64,000 bases of DNA, from positions 2,914,001-2,978,000 of the forward strand of contig NC_043022.1 in the NCBI RefSeq assembly GCF_006345805.1, given 5' to 3'. Shown one piece after another: positions 25,251-37,028 of the stretch. This stretch comes from Octopus sinensis (taxonomy: Eukaryota). Below the pieces are notes generated by a model. That model was not told the DNA's origin. It made no database searches and saw only the letters and a list, made by a program, of their open reading frames with translations. Made by a program: the position numbers and the translations under genes. The first letter of the stretch is position 1. Every line of letters starts with the position of its first letter.

Positions 25251-25318
25251 CTATTGGGGGTCAGTGTAATTAGCTATCCCCGTCCCCTAGTTATTATTAT
25301 TATTATTACTATTATTAT

Positions 25319-25545
25319 TAAGGCGGCTAGCTGGCAGAATTGTTAGCACACGAGGCAAAATGCTTAGTGGTATTTTATCTGCCACTACGTTCTGAGTTCA
25401 AATTCCACCAGGATCAACTTTGCCTTTTCATCCTTTCGGAGTCGATAAATTAAGTACCAGTTGCATACTGGGGTCGATGTAATTGACTAGTCCCCTCCTC
25501 TGAAATTTCAGGCCATGTGCCTTTTGTAGAAAAGATTATTATTAT
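25319..25545 (+). mobile_element. Family B SINE after (ATT)n
   Basis: AAGGCGGCTAGCTGGCAG head, GATCAACTTTGCCTTTTCATCC core. Confidence 0.82.
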
Positions 25546-25561
25546 TGTCCTTTGCAAATAC

Positions 25562-25616
25562 TCCAAGGACACAGATATTGTGTCTAAAGCCAGCTAGAGA
25601 CGAAGATCTCTTGGGG
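25562..25616 (-). CDS. Candidate 55-nt exon (PKRSSSLAGFRHNICVLG, phase 2 to 0)
   Basis: actgtagctttatag|CCCCAAG...CTTGGA|gtattt; phase fits between the 30609 and 25250 candidates. Confidence 0.3.
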
Positions 25617-26537
25617 CTATAAAGCTACAGTAACACCCCCTCCCCAATGTGGTTAGCCATGATAAGATGGCTTCTATACTTTACATTATTATTATTGTTT
25701 TTCATTAAATTAATTAATTGCCCAACGAGGTATTTCGATTCCTTTGTTTGTTTTTTTTTACTCTTAGATAAACTTTTTATTCTTTTACTTTTTTACTTGT
25801 TTCAGTCAGAGTGCGGCCATGCTGGGTCACCACCTTGAAGGATTTTAGTAGATTATATCAACCCAATTACTTATGTATTTTTTTTAAGCCTGGTACTTTT
25901 TCTATTGGTCTCCTTTGCTGAACCACTAGGTTATGCGGACATAAATACACCAACACCAGTCGTCAAGAAGCAGTGGATACACACACACACACACACACAC
26001 GACGGGCTCTTTCAGTTTCCATCTACCAAATCCATTCACAAGGCTTTGGGTGGCCCGAGGCTATAGTAGAAGATACTTGTCCAAGGTGCCATCCAGTGGG
26101 ACTGAACCTTGTACCATGTAGTTGGGAAGCAAGCTTCTTACCACATAGCCACTCCTGCACTTAGTATACATTTTGGATTTTGTGGTCTGTTTGAAGAATT
26201 CTTGAGGAAAATTATAAGCATATAAATACTATATAAATATTAGAGATATATGAATATTATAGATGCAGGCATGCCTGTGTAGTTAAGAAGCTCACTTTGT
26301 AACCATATGGTTTTGGGTTCAGTTCCACAGTACAGCACTTTTGGTAAGTGTCTTTTATAGCACCAAATCAATCAATGTCTTGTGAGTGAATTTGGTAGGC
26401 AGAAATTGTGTGGAAGCCCATTATGTGTGTGTGTGTGTGTGTGTGTGTTTGTATCGGTCTGTTTTGCCAAACCACTAAGCTATTGGGACATAAACACACT
26501 GACAGCGGTTGTCAAGCAATGATGGGGACCACTCACA

Positions 26538-26602
<65 letters not shown>

Positions 26603-26756
26603 ATACACACACAATGATCTATTGGTTTCTGACTACCAAATCCACTCCCATGGCTTTGGTCAGCTTGCTCAAGGTGCCACACAGCAAGACTGAACCTATA
26701 ACCATGTAATTGGGAAGCAAGCTTCTTGCCGCACCTGCGCCTCTCTCTCTCTCTCT

Positions 26757-26997
26757 CGTAAAAAGCACTATCCGTCCATGGCCGTTTGCCAGCTCCGTCT
26801 GGCACCTGTGCGGGTAACACGTAAAAAGCACCCACTACACTCATGGAGTGGTTGGCGTTAGGAAGGGCATCTAGCCGTAGAAACACTGCCAGATCAGACT
26901 GGAGCCTGGTGCAGCCTTCTGGCTTTGCAGACCCCTGTTGCACCGTCCAACCCATGCTAGCATGGAAAGCGGATGCTAAATGATGATGATGATGATA
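26757..26997 (+). mobile_element. Family C SINE-like element
   Basis: GTAAAAAGCACCCACTACACTC...GGAAGGGCATC...CCAACCCATGCTAGCATGGAAAGCGGATGCTAAA(TGA)n. Confidence 0.85.
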
Positions 26998-27033
26998 TAT
27001 AATTATTTTAAGGGAGGAAGAAGAAACACGATG

Positions 27034-27109
27034 TATCTCCTCCATATTGAATTAATGTACAAACATTACGAAGCTAATGTTTGTACATTAATTCAATATG
27101 GAGGAGATA
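27034..27109. repeat. Perfect inverted repeat, 35-bp arms with 6-nt spacer
   Basis: TATCTCCTCCATATTGAATTAATGTACAAACATTA-CGAAGC-TAATGTTTGTACATTAATTCAATATGGAGGAGATA. Confidence 0.97.
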
Positions 27110-28059
27110 AGTCTTTCTGTTCTATATTTTTGAGATGAGGTATTCTGTACCTTATTTACATTGGACAGATATGTGTCCTCATCTTGTTTGTTTTTACCAC
27201 AATGTTCTGGTAGAATTTTGAACCCAACCCTGGGTTCTGTAAGTATCATCTTTTAGCATCTCTTATCCATGCTGGCATGGGTTGGATGATTTGACAAGAG
27301 ATGGCAAGGCTGGAGAGCTGCCCGGGTTCCATTTGTCTGTTTTGGCATGGTTTCTACAGCTCGATGCCCTTCCAAATGCCAACCACCTCACAGGGTGTAC
27401 TGGGTACTTTTCACATGGCACCACCACAGGTACATTTACAGAGCACTTGTATGGGGAGTTTTACATGGCACTGGCACACACGAACCTACAAGACTAGGAT
27501 ATCTCAGCTGAGAGAAGGATGTAGAGGGCATGCCTGGACAGTCATGATTTTATTTAGCTTGATAGGTCTATTAAATAACAATTTAATAAATAAAACATAT
27601 GCATACATACATACATATATGTACATACCTACATCTATATATATATATACATGCATATATGAGTACAGGACACCACAAATAAACATAGAACACAACGAGA
27701 AACGAAAACATAAAAACAAACAAGGAAACAGACTTTTTTTAACAACGTAAATACAGAGTACAAGACAAACAATACAAGGAACATTCCCCTTCTTCAGCTG
27801 CCCCTGTTTCGACTCAATGCGTGTTTCGAAGGTAAGGGCAGAACACGACCACGCCGAAGCAGTCCTTCCTGCAAAATGAATTGAATAAAATTATTTTGCG
27901 GAGGAGTAAAAAAAGTGACAAGAACAGGACGTAAAAGCAAAACAAATGAAGAAAAAAACAGTAAAAGACGGGACAAGGAAACCAACAATAAGGGCTTTTT
28001 TTTACACACACACACATACACACACATTTATGTATATATATGTCTATATGTATCTATAT

Positions 28060-28457
28060 AGACGCAGGAGTGGCTGTGTGGTAAGTAGCTTGCTAACCAA
28101 CCACATGGTTCCGGGTTCAGTCCCACTGCGTGGCATCTTGGGCAAGTGTCTTCTGCTATAGCCCCGGACCGACCAATGCCTTCTGAGTGGATTTGGTAGA
28201 CGGAAACTGAAAGAAGCCTGTCATATATATGTATATATATATATATGTGTGTGTGATTGTGTGTCTGTGTTTGTCCCCCTAGCATTGCTTGACAACCGAT
28301 GCTGGTGTGTTTACGTCCCCGTCACTTAGCGGTTCGGCAAAAGAGACCGATAGAATAAGTACTGGGCTTACAAAGAATAAGTCCCGGGGTCGATTTGCTC
28401 GACTAAAGGCAGTGCTCCAGCATGGCCGCAGTCAAATGACTGAAACGAGTAAAAGAG
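28060..28457 (+). mobile_element. Family A SINE, full length
   Basis: Near-consensus copy. Confidence 0.92.
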
Positions 28458-29049
28458 AGAGAGAGAGATATATGTGCCTTGGTATAGATATATTTTCATG
28501 CCATAAAGAAACTAGTTTAAAAATACTACATTGTTTGATGTAATATAAATCACCCAAGCTTTTTATTGCTTGTTTTTTTTTGTGTTGCCCCTCACTTTCC
28601 ATTCTCAATTTGTGTCAGACCTCATTGCTAAGTGGTTCTTCTCCCAGTGTTTTGCAGTTTGCTGCTATTTCTTGTCTGTTTTGTGCTTGCAAGGGTCTCT
28701 TCAGAGCCATTGTTTTGTTTGGTCAGAGTGATTCTTGAGATCTTCTTGTACAGATTTCATAATAAAACTCGAGGAAAGTGTGGATTCCATACACAATTGT
28801 TTGCTCAACTATTTCTTGGAGTGCTTTTTTTTTTCTATTACTGGGTTGCTTTCATACATTACTGATATCTGTGTGTGTGTGTGTGTGTGTGTATTTGTGT
28901 GTGTGTATTTGTGTGTGTGTATTTGTGTGTGTGTGTGTGTTCCATTTCTCCTGAGCATCAAACTAATACTACCTTGTTGTTTCTTCACTTCAGATTTTTT
29001 TTGGTTTTTGTACATCTTGAACCATATGTGTGTGTATGTATGTGTATGT

Positions 29050-29580
29050 GTGTGTATATATGAACGTATGTAAATATGCACATGCATGTATGTATATATA
29101 TGCATATGCATGTATATATATATATGCATATGTATATATATATATGTATATTTATATACATGCATGTGTATGTATATATATGCATGTGTATATATATATA
29201 TGTATGTATATTTATATATATGCATGTATATATATATATATGCATGTGTATATATATATATATGTATGTATATTTATATATATATGCATGTATATTTATA
29301 TATATATGCATGTATATATATATATATGCATGTATATTTATATATATGTATGTATATTTATATATATATGCATGTATATTTATATATATATGCATGTATA
29401 TTTATATATATATGCATGTATATTTATATATATGCATGTATATATATATATATGTATGTATATTTATATATATGCATGTATATATATATATATATATATG
29501 CATGTATATATATATATATGTATGTATATTTATATATATATATGCATGTATATATATATATATGTATGTATATTTATATT
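29050..29580. repeat. ~20-bp ATATATGCATGTATAT(TT)AT minisatellite
   Basis: Repeated GCATGTATAT motif; source of the MHVYIY ORFs. Confidence 0.92.
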
Positions 29581-30094
29581 GTATTGTATTGGCATCCTTT
29601 CTGTCTCGGGAGACAATGGAGTTGTGCATTTTATTTTTATTTTTTTCTTTTTCCCCCCAATGTAGGATTCCTCACCATACAGGTGACAGGCACAACCATA
29701 AGATGCATTACAGATCTATAGTAATTGGAAGAGCGTGACCCAACTGAAATAAACATTATCAACAATTCAACTTCTCTGGTTGACATTAAGACACCCACCC
29801 CAATTAGGGGCCTTAACTCCCACATTTTAGAGCTCCATGACCTCCATTCTTCAGGAGCAAAATCCTTTTAACAGGTTCCCTAAGACTAGAATTTTGGAAT
29901 TTGTGCATAAAGTATTATGGGATACATGTGTTATGAATAGATTTTTTTTAGGGTGTGTAAAGAGGGAAATAACCCTCATCTGCAATTTTGATGGAATTCA
30001 AATCATAGGTATTCCAGTTCATTAGAGAAAATATAACAGAAAAGTCTAATTCTTCAATTGCATCTAACACGGTCAACACTGGGTATCTCTGCTA

Positions 30095-30133
<39 letters not shown>

Positions 30134-30263
30134 CATATATATATATATATATATATGTGCGTGTATATGTGCATGTATATGTGTATATGTGCATGTATAT
30201 GCGTGTATGTGTGCATGTATATGCATATATATATATGCATGTATATATAGTGTGTGAGTGTGT

Positions 30264-30294
<31 letters not shown>

Positions 30295-30374
30295 GTGTGT
30301 GTGTGTGCATATATATATGTATGTGTATATATGCGTGTGTGTATGTGCATATATATATGTATATGTATATATGC

Positions 30375-30434
<60 letters not shown>

Positions 30435-30608
30435 AATGCGTGTATGTATGTATGTATATATATGGAATGTATACACTTCTGGTGATATTTACAAAAGAAC
30501 ACAAATTAACGATTGATTCATTGCAGTAGGTAATCAGCTAGAAATACTTTAGTTCCTTTCACGAGGAGAAGTAATTGGTAAACAGGTATGGACATTTTTC
30601 TCACATAC

Positions 30609-30726
30609 GTAATTCTCTCGTTGCCATTTCTGCCCACTTCTCTATTCACTGGGAATTCATCGAGAATGATTTCCTTTTGTGTTGGTGTCGCTGCTAAAAA
30701 CCAAGTGCTTGCCACCTGACGCAGGC
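30609..30726 (-). CDS. Candidate 118-nt coding exon (xLRQVASTWFLAATPTQKEIILDEFPVNREVGRNGNERIT)
   Basis: ttttctgtacacacttccag|GCCTG...GAATTAC|gtatgtgag; only one of three frames is open; unique non-repeat sequence; protein not recognised. Confidence 0.55.
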
Positions 30727-30781
30727 CTGGAAGTGTGTACAGAAAATCTATGCTTGTATGTGTGTGTGTGTGTGTGTGTGT

Positions 30782-30998
30782 TTACTCTTTTACTCTTTTA
30801 CTTGTTTCAGTCATTTGACTGCGGCCATGCTGGAGCACCGCCTTTAATCGAGCAACTCGACCCCGCCGGGACTTATTCTTTTTGTAAGCCCAGTTCTTAT
30901 TCTATCGGTCTCTTTCGCCGAACCGCTAAGTAACGGGGACATAAACACACCAGCATCGGTTGTCAAGCAATGCTTGGGGGACAAACACACTCACACAA

Positions 30999-31044
<46 letters not shown>

Positions 31045-31376
31045 ATATATGACGGGCTTCTTTCAGTTTCCGTCTACCAAATCCACTCACAAGGCTTTGG
31101 CTGGCCCGAGGCTATGGTAGAAGACACTTGCCCAAGGTGCCACGCAGCAGGACTGAACCCGGAACCATGTGGTTGGTAAACAAGCTACTTACCACACAGC
31201 CACTCCTGCGCCTACATATATATATATATACATATATACGACAGGCTTCTTTCAGTTTCCGTCTACCAAATCCACTCACAAGGCTTTGGTCAGCGCGAGG
31301 CTATAGTAGAAGACACTTGTCCAAGGTGCCACGCAGCGGGACTGAACCCGGAACCATGTGGTTGGTAAACAAGCTC
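30782..31376 (-). mobile_element. Family A SINE with local tandem duplication of its head segment
   Basis: Full copy 30782-31213; segment 31051-31186 repeated at 31240-31375. Confidence 0.88.
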
Positions 31377-32132
31377 ACATTATGCAGAGTAAGAGGTGTT
31401 CTGTTTGAGAACAATACGTCTGTGGACTCCGAGGTTGGTTTTATGCGTTATTGATTGGGTTTTTGGCTTTTGTTGAGGTTGCAGGTGTGTGGATGGATGG
31501 ATGGATGGATGGAAGGCAAGTTATGGGCGGGGAAGGGAATCCCACAGTGCTTCTTTTTCTCCCACACCCCTTAACGTTAATTAGTCTAATGAAGGGGGCG
31601 GTCGTAGAGCTGTGCGGGTCTGGCTGTCCCATCCCAGATGAGTGGGGTCACTGTGGTCAATGTTTAGTATGAATTTTCTGGAAGTTAATGGCTGGCGGGT
31701 GGTGGAGGAGGAAGAGGAAGATTCCAGAAGGTTGGCTTGTGTTTGGATACAGGTAGATTTGTGTGTGTATGTGTGCATGTGTGTGTATTTAGGTGGTGTC
31801 AGTACACAGAAAGTATTTGTTGGATAAAACAGTAGAAATTGATGGATTTATGATGGAGTTGTTTGTGTCGGACTCAGTGCCCTGTGTTCTGAATCTCTAT
31901 TCTCTGAGTTCAAATTCTACGGAGGTCATCTTTGCCTTTTGTTCTTTCACGGCCAATAAAAGAAAACAACAACAAAAAACAAAAGTATCGTTCCAGGATG
32001 GTGGATTGGCCGAACTGTAGGAACAATGATGTGGATAAGTGCTGTGTGACTTTGCGATATTTCTTTCAGTTCTTTGTGTACTGGGTTCAAATCCTGTGAT
32101 GGCCTACTTGGTGGAGGGGAAGGTAGACTTAA

Positions 32133-32470
32133 TCATCATCATCATCGTTTAACGTCCGCTTTCCATGCTAGCATGGGTTGGACAGTTCAGTTGGGGTCTG
32201 AGAAGCCAGAAGGCTGCACCAGGCCCAGTCTGATCTGGCAATGTTTCTACGGCTGGATGCCCTTCCTAACGCCAACCACTCCGTGAGTGTAGTGGGTGCT
32301 TTTTACGTGCCAGATGAGGCTGGCAACGGCCATGATCGGATGGTGCTTTTTACGTGCCACCGGCATGGAGGCCAGTCGGGGCAGCGCTGGCAACGGCCAC
32401 GTTCGGATGATTCTCTTACGTGCCACCGGAACTGGTATCACAGCTATAATTTCCATTGATGTTGATCGTA
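32133..32470 (-). mobile_element. Family C SINE-like element
   Basis: (CAT)n CGTTTAACGTCCGCTTTCCATGCTAGCATGGG... with internal GTGCTTTTTACGTGCC units. Confidence 0.85.
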
Positions 32471-32732
32471 GCTGTGTTATCAGTACCAGTGGCACATAAG
32501 AGAACCACTGGTATCTATTTTAACACCACCACCACCATGGTGTCATTCGTGGCATCCACTCTGTTGCAAGCCTTTGATCCAGGTTTCCAATTCAAAAACA
32601 CTTTCTGTCCTCCCTGTTACCAATCTTGGATACCCTGTAAAAGGGTTCCCCGTACTACGCTGCCTTGACTATAAGATGAGGGTTAGTAGATAGGGATTAT
32701 TAAATGACTTTAGTAGGAGTGGGTGGGTTTAA

Positions 32733-33446
32733 TCCTCTAACATTTAAACCAGCCAGATCTGGCCTCCCACACTTAGCGTAGAATGTCATTCTAGAAATAA
32801 ACAATCACATCATGGAAATCTTGAACTTATGAGACAATGCAATATTAAACAAGGCACCCTGAAACCCCATGGCAAAGGACCATTGACAAGGGTAAGAGAC
32901 AAGAACGTTGGAGAAGCTGGAGTGAGACCAGAACAGGAGCAGAAAATAGAACTGGTTGGAGAGATTATGTTGCGGTTTTATGTTCCTCATGGCACAGAGA
33001 GAACTAATTCAGAAGCAATATGAATAGGTGTAGGTGTGGCTGTGTGGTAAGAAGCTTGCTTCTCAACCAAATGGTTCCAGGTTCAGTCCCACTGCATGGT
33101 ACCATGGGCAAGTGTCTTCTACTGTAGCCTGGGGCTGAACAAAGCCTTGTGAGTGGATTTCGTAGACGGAAACTGAAAGAAACTTGTCGTATGTATATAT
33201 ATGTTTGTGTGTGTCTGTTTTTGTCCCCTCATCACTGCTTGACAACCGTTGTTGGTGTGTTTACGTCCCCCGTTACTTAGCAGTTCGGCAAAAGAGACCA
33301 AGTAAGTCCCAGGGTCGATTTGTTTGACTAATACTTTTTTCAAGGCTGTGCTCCAGCATGGCTGCAGTCAAATGACTGAAACACATAACAGAATATAAAA
33401 GAACATAAGCCTTTACATTGGACGGAATAACCTGAGTGCCAAAGGG
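32733..33446. mobile_element. Type A MITE interrupted by an RTE fragment and a family A SINE
   Basis: Left part 32733-32850 matches type A; right end GAGTGCCAAAGGG at 33434-33446; family A copy at ~33025-33400. Confidence 0.62.
32855..33007 (+). mobile_element. RTE-clade LINE 3' end fragment
   Basis: Frame not in the track: HPETPWQRTIDKGKRQERWRSWSETRTGAENRTGWRDYVAVLCSSWHREN*, resembling the RTE ORF C-terminus (RP..TW.R......A.NR..WR..V..LC). Confidence 0.7.
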
Positions 33447-33866
33447 TTGAATGAGGTTGATACACAGTTTTTAAGAGGGGTCAGTGTGTTAAAATCGTAC
33501 TAAAACAACAGACCTGACCCCACTTTTAACTGCCTCGCATAATTACTGGATTATTTTTGTATTTGATCTTTACTTTATTATTCCTTTTATAGCCTTTTCT
33601 TGCTGCTGTTGTTTTTTTTTTATTTTACTTCCATTTTAGATATTGATTTCTTTTGATTAGGCACCGGACCAGTTTATTGTGGTGCACACAATCAATTTAA
33701 TTGATCCTGGTATTTATCGGTATTTTTATTTTTATCATGAAATGCACTTTGGGCTGTGGTAGCGTTGTAAAGCCTGTAGTAAAAATGTTGTACTCAACCG
33801 TTTGTTGGTTCATTCATGTAAAATCCATTTTTCCATACTAGTATGACTTGGATGGGAATGGTCATT

Positions 33867-34250
33867 GAGGCGCAATGGCCCAGTGGTTAGGGCACCAGAC
33901 TCGCGGTCATAGGATCGCGGTCATAGGATCGCGGTTTCGATTCCCAGACCGTGAGTGTTTATTGAGCGAAATAACCTAAAAGCTCCACGAGGCTACAGCA
34001 GGGGATGGTGGTGATCCCTGCTGTACTCTTTCACCACAACTTTCTCTCACTCTTACTTCCTGTTTCTGTTGTACCTGTATTTCAAAGGGCCGGCCTTGTC
34101 ACTCTCTGTGTCACGCTGAATATCCCTGAGAACTACGTTAAGGGTACACGTGTCTGTGGAGTGCTCAGCCACTTACATGCTAATTTCACGAGCAGGCTGT
34201 TCCGTTGATTCGGATCAACCGGAACCCTCATTGTCGTAACCAACGGAGTG
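33867..34250 (+). mobile_element. Family E tRNA-derived SINE
   Basis: GAGGCGCAATGGCCCAGTGGTTAGGGCA (A box)...GGTTTCGATTCCC (B box); second copy at 59891; short head duplication TCGCGGTCATAGGA x2. Confidence 0.85.
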
Positions 34251-34618
34251 CTTTCATCAATTGTCATTGAGCCAGAGTTTTATTGCGAAATGCTCTTCCA
34301 GTCACCAACTTTCACCTGTATATGTGTGTGTGTGTCTTTGTATCTGTGTTTGTCCCCTCGTCACTGATTGACAATTGGTGTTGTTGTGTTTATGTCCTCG
34401 TAACTTGGCAGTTTAGCAATGGAGACTGATAGAGTAACTACAAGGCAGTAGCAGGTGACAAAGACCTTTTGCGATATACCAATTTTGTGAAAACCTGTGA
34501 AGGCAAGTGAGATTGAGGTTGTGGCCGATGCTGGTGTCACAACAATGGCATGCCAATGATTATATTTGGAACATAAATTAAGGTTTTTAAAATTTTTTTG
34601 ATGTTGGGCAGGTTTCAT

Positions 34619-34905
34619 TATCATCGTTTAACGTCTGCTTTCCGTGCTAGCACAGGTTGAATGATTCGACCAGGGTCTGGGAAGCCAGGAGGCTGCACCA
34701 GGCTCCAGTCTGATCTGGCAGTGTTTCTACAGCTGGATGCCCTTCCTAACGCCAACCACTCCGTGAGTGTAGTGGGTGCTTTTTACATGCCACCGGCACA
34801 GGTGCCAGGCGAGGCTGGCAGCAGCCCCGATTGGTTGGTGCTTTTTACGTGCCACCGGCACAGGTGCCAGGCGAGGCTGGCAGCGGCCCCGATCGGTTGG
34901 TGCTT
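34619..34905 (-). mobile_element. Family C SINE-like element
   Basis: Same as other family C copies, with two internal units. Confidence 0.85.
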
Positions 34906-35168
34906 AGCAATTTTTGTGTCTGGACTGGACACTTTATTCTACATACTCTTGTTCACACAGGAGTAAAAACATTGTCAGAGTAATCTGAAGCGTATCTTTC
35001 TCTCGTCACAATTTTCCTATATCTAACGTAAAGGGTAAAGGTCCCTCTCAGTCATTAAAAGAAAAAGAATTTTAAAAATTCATTACAACTACCTCTGCTA
35101 CCTCTCCGTTGATCCGCACTATCAGCATCATCATCGTTATCATCAATGTTTTCCATCTGCTTTTGTAC

Positions 35169-35201
35169 CTTGTCGGAGGTTGGCCAAACCAGCATCTGTT
35201 C
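35169..35201 (-). CDS. Candidate 33-nt exon (xTDAGLANLRQ, phase 1 to 1)
   Basis: tgttttctcgccacag|GAACAG...CGACAAG|gtacaa; phase-compatible with the 30726 exon. Confidence 0.42.
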
Positions 35202-35729
35202 CTGTGGCGAGAAAACATGTCAAACAAAGCTATTCATGAAATGTTATATTTACTGTTTAGAATATGATTTGGAAAATTTCAGTTACAACAACAACTACTA
35301 CTGCTATTGCTACTATTAATACTGTTACTCAGACAATTTAATCTTGTCAAATTAATTACGACAGACTTCATTAAGAGGGGGGTAAAGCCAAATTAATTAC
35401 AGTGAAATTCACTAAGAGGGATAAAAATAAAATACACACACACACAAAAAAAAAAGAAGTCCTTCCTCTAATGATATCGACTTGGTGAAAATGAGTCGAG
35501 GGGAATTTAATTCGTTTGGCACTAAGGATTGTCTAGAAAGACGTTTCCTTCCTGTTGACCTCGTGGCTTTAAGTCAAGGGTAAGATGTCTTTTAGTATGT
35601 TACTTACATTGCTATCTGTTCTTCTATTTCACACTAGTTGTTTAGTGTTTCTTGAGTTGTGTTTTGGGTGTTTCCTTGCCTGGCCCCCGAAGCGATAACA
35701 TGGAGTTTATATGATTTGTATCTCTTTAA

Positions 35730-36285
35730 CCCTTTCGTTACTGTATTTATTTTGAGACGCTCTGTGTTTCTTTCAATTATTTTAAACATAAAAAAGAATT
35801 TAGTAAAATAACTTCGTTATCATTGAAGCTAGTGTTAGGAACGTAAATTGTGACTAAAGTTTGGTAGAAGATTTAAATTCAAATCTTATGAAAACAGGAC
35901 ATTTGTTACCCTATTTCTGTTGAGATGCTCTGTGTTTCTTTCAATTAATTTTAAATATAAAAAAGAATTTAGTAAAATAACTTCGTTATCATTAAGCTAG
36001 TGTTAGGAACGTAAATTGTGACTAAAGTTTGGTAGAAGATTTAAATTCAAAACTTACGAAAACAGGACATTTGTTACCCTATTTCTGTTGAGAAGCTCTG
36101 TGTTTCTTTCAATTAATTTTAAATATAAAAAAGAATTTAGTAAAATAACTTCGTTATCATTGAAGCTAGTGTCAGGAACGTAAATTGTGACTAAGGTTTG
36201 GTGGAAGATTTAAATTCAAAACTTATGAAAACAAGACATTTTACCAGAGCCAGAGCCGGTTTTGGCCGGGTTAGTAACAAAAGGG
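35730..36285. mobile_element. Type B MITE with three internal 168-bp units
   Basis: TTAA|CCCTTTCGTTAC...GTAACAAAAGGG|TTAA; GCTCTGTGTTTC starts at 35759, 35927, 36095. Confidence 0.88.
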
Positions 36286-36610
36286 TTAATGCAAACTTAC
36301 AATTAAATCGTATCATCTTACAAGTGGTATGTTGTCGTTGTTGTTGTTGTCGATCTGATGTCAGTTTTATAAATTGTAATTCAAATACTGCTTCATTCAG
36401 ATATAATGTTTGTGGAATTTATTCTGTGAATTTTGGTGGGGGCCAAGCGTAGGGCAGTTATTGGTATTTCGTTCCTGTTCTTGTACAAGAGTAGATACTT
36501 TGCAACACTTGGTTTGTTGAGATTCATTAAATCAGAAATTAGGTTATTTAGAATTGTGAGACTGTAGTAGTACTACTCCACTTATCTTGTGATGTGTTTG
36601 TTTGTCTTGT

Positions 36611-37028
36611 GTGGAGTGGCTGCGTGGTAAGTAGCTTGCTAACCAACCACATGGTTCCGGGTTCAGTCCCACTGCGTGGCACCTTGGGCAAGTGTCTTCT
36701 GCTATAGCCCCGAGCCGACCAATGCCTTGTGAGTGGATTTGGTAAACGGAAACTGAAAGAAGCCTGTTGTATATATGTATATATATGTATATGTATGTAT
36801 GTATGTGTATGTGTTTGTGTGTCTGTGTTTGTCCCCCTAGCATTGCTTGACAACCGATGCTGGTGTGTTTACGACCCCGTCACTTAGCGGTTCGGCAAAA
36901 GAGACCGATAGAATAAGGGTACTGGGCTTACAAAAGAATAAGTCCCGGGGTCGATTTGCTCGACTAAAAGGCGGTGCCCCAGCATGGCCGCAGTCAAATA
37001 ACTGAAACAAGTAAAAGAGTAAAAAGAG
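36611..37028 (+). mobile_element. Family A SINE
   Basis: Near-consensus copy, slightly 5'-truncated. Confidence 0.9.
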
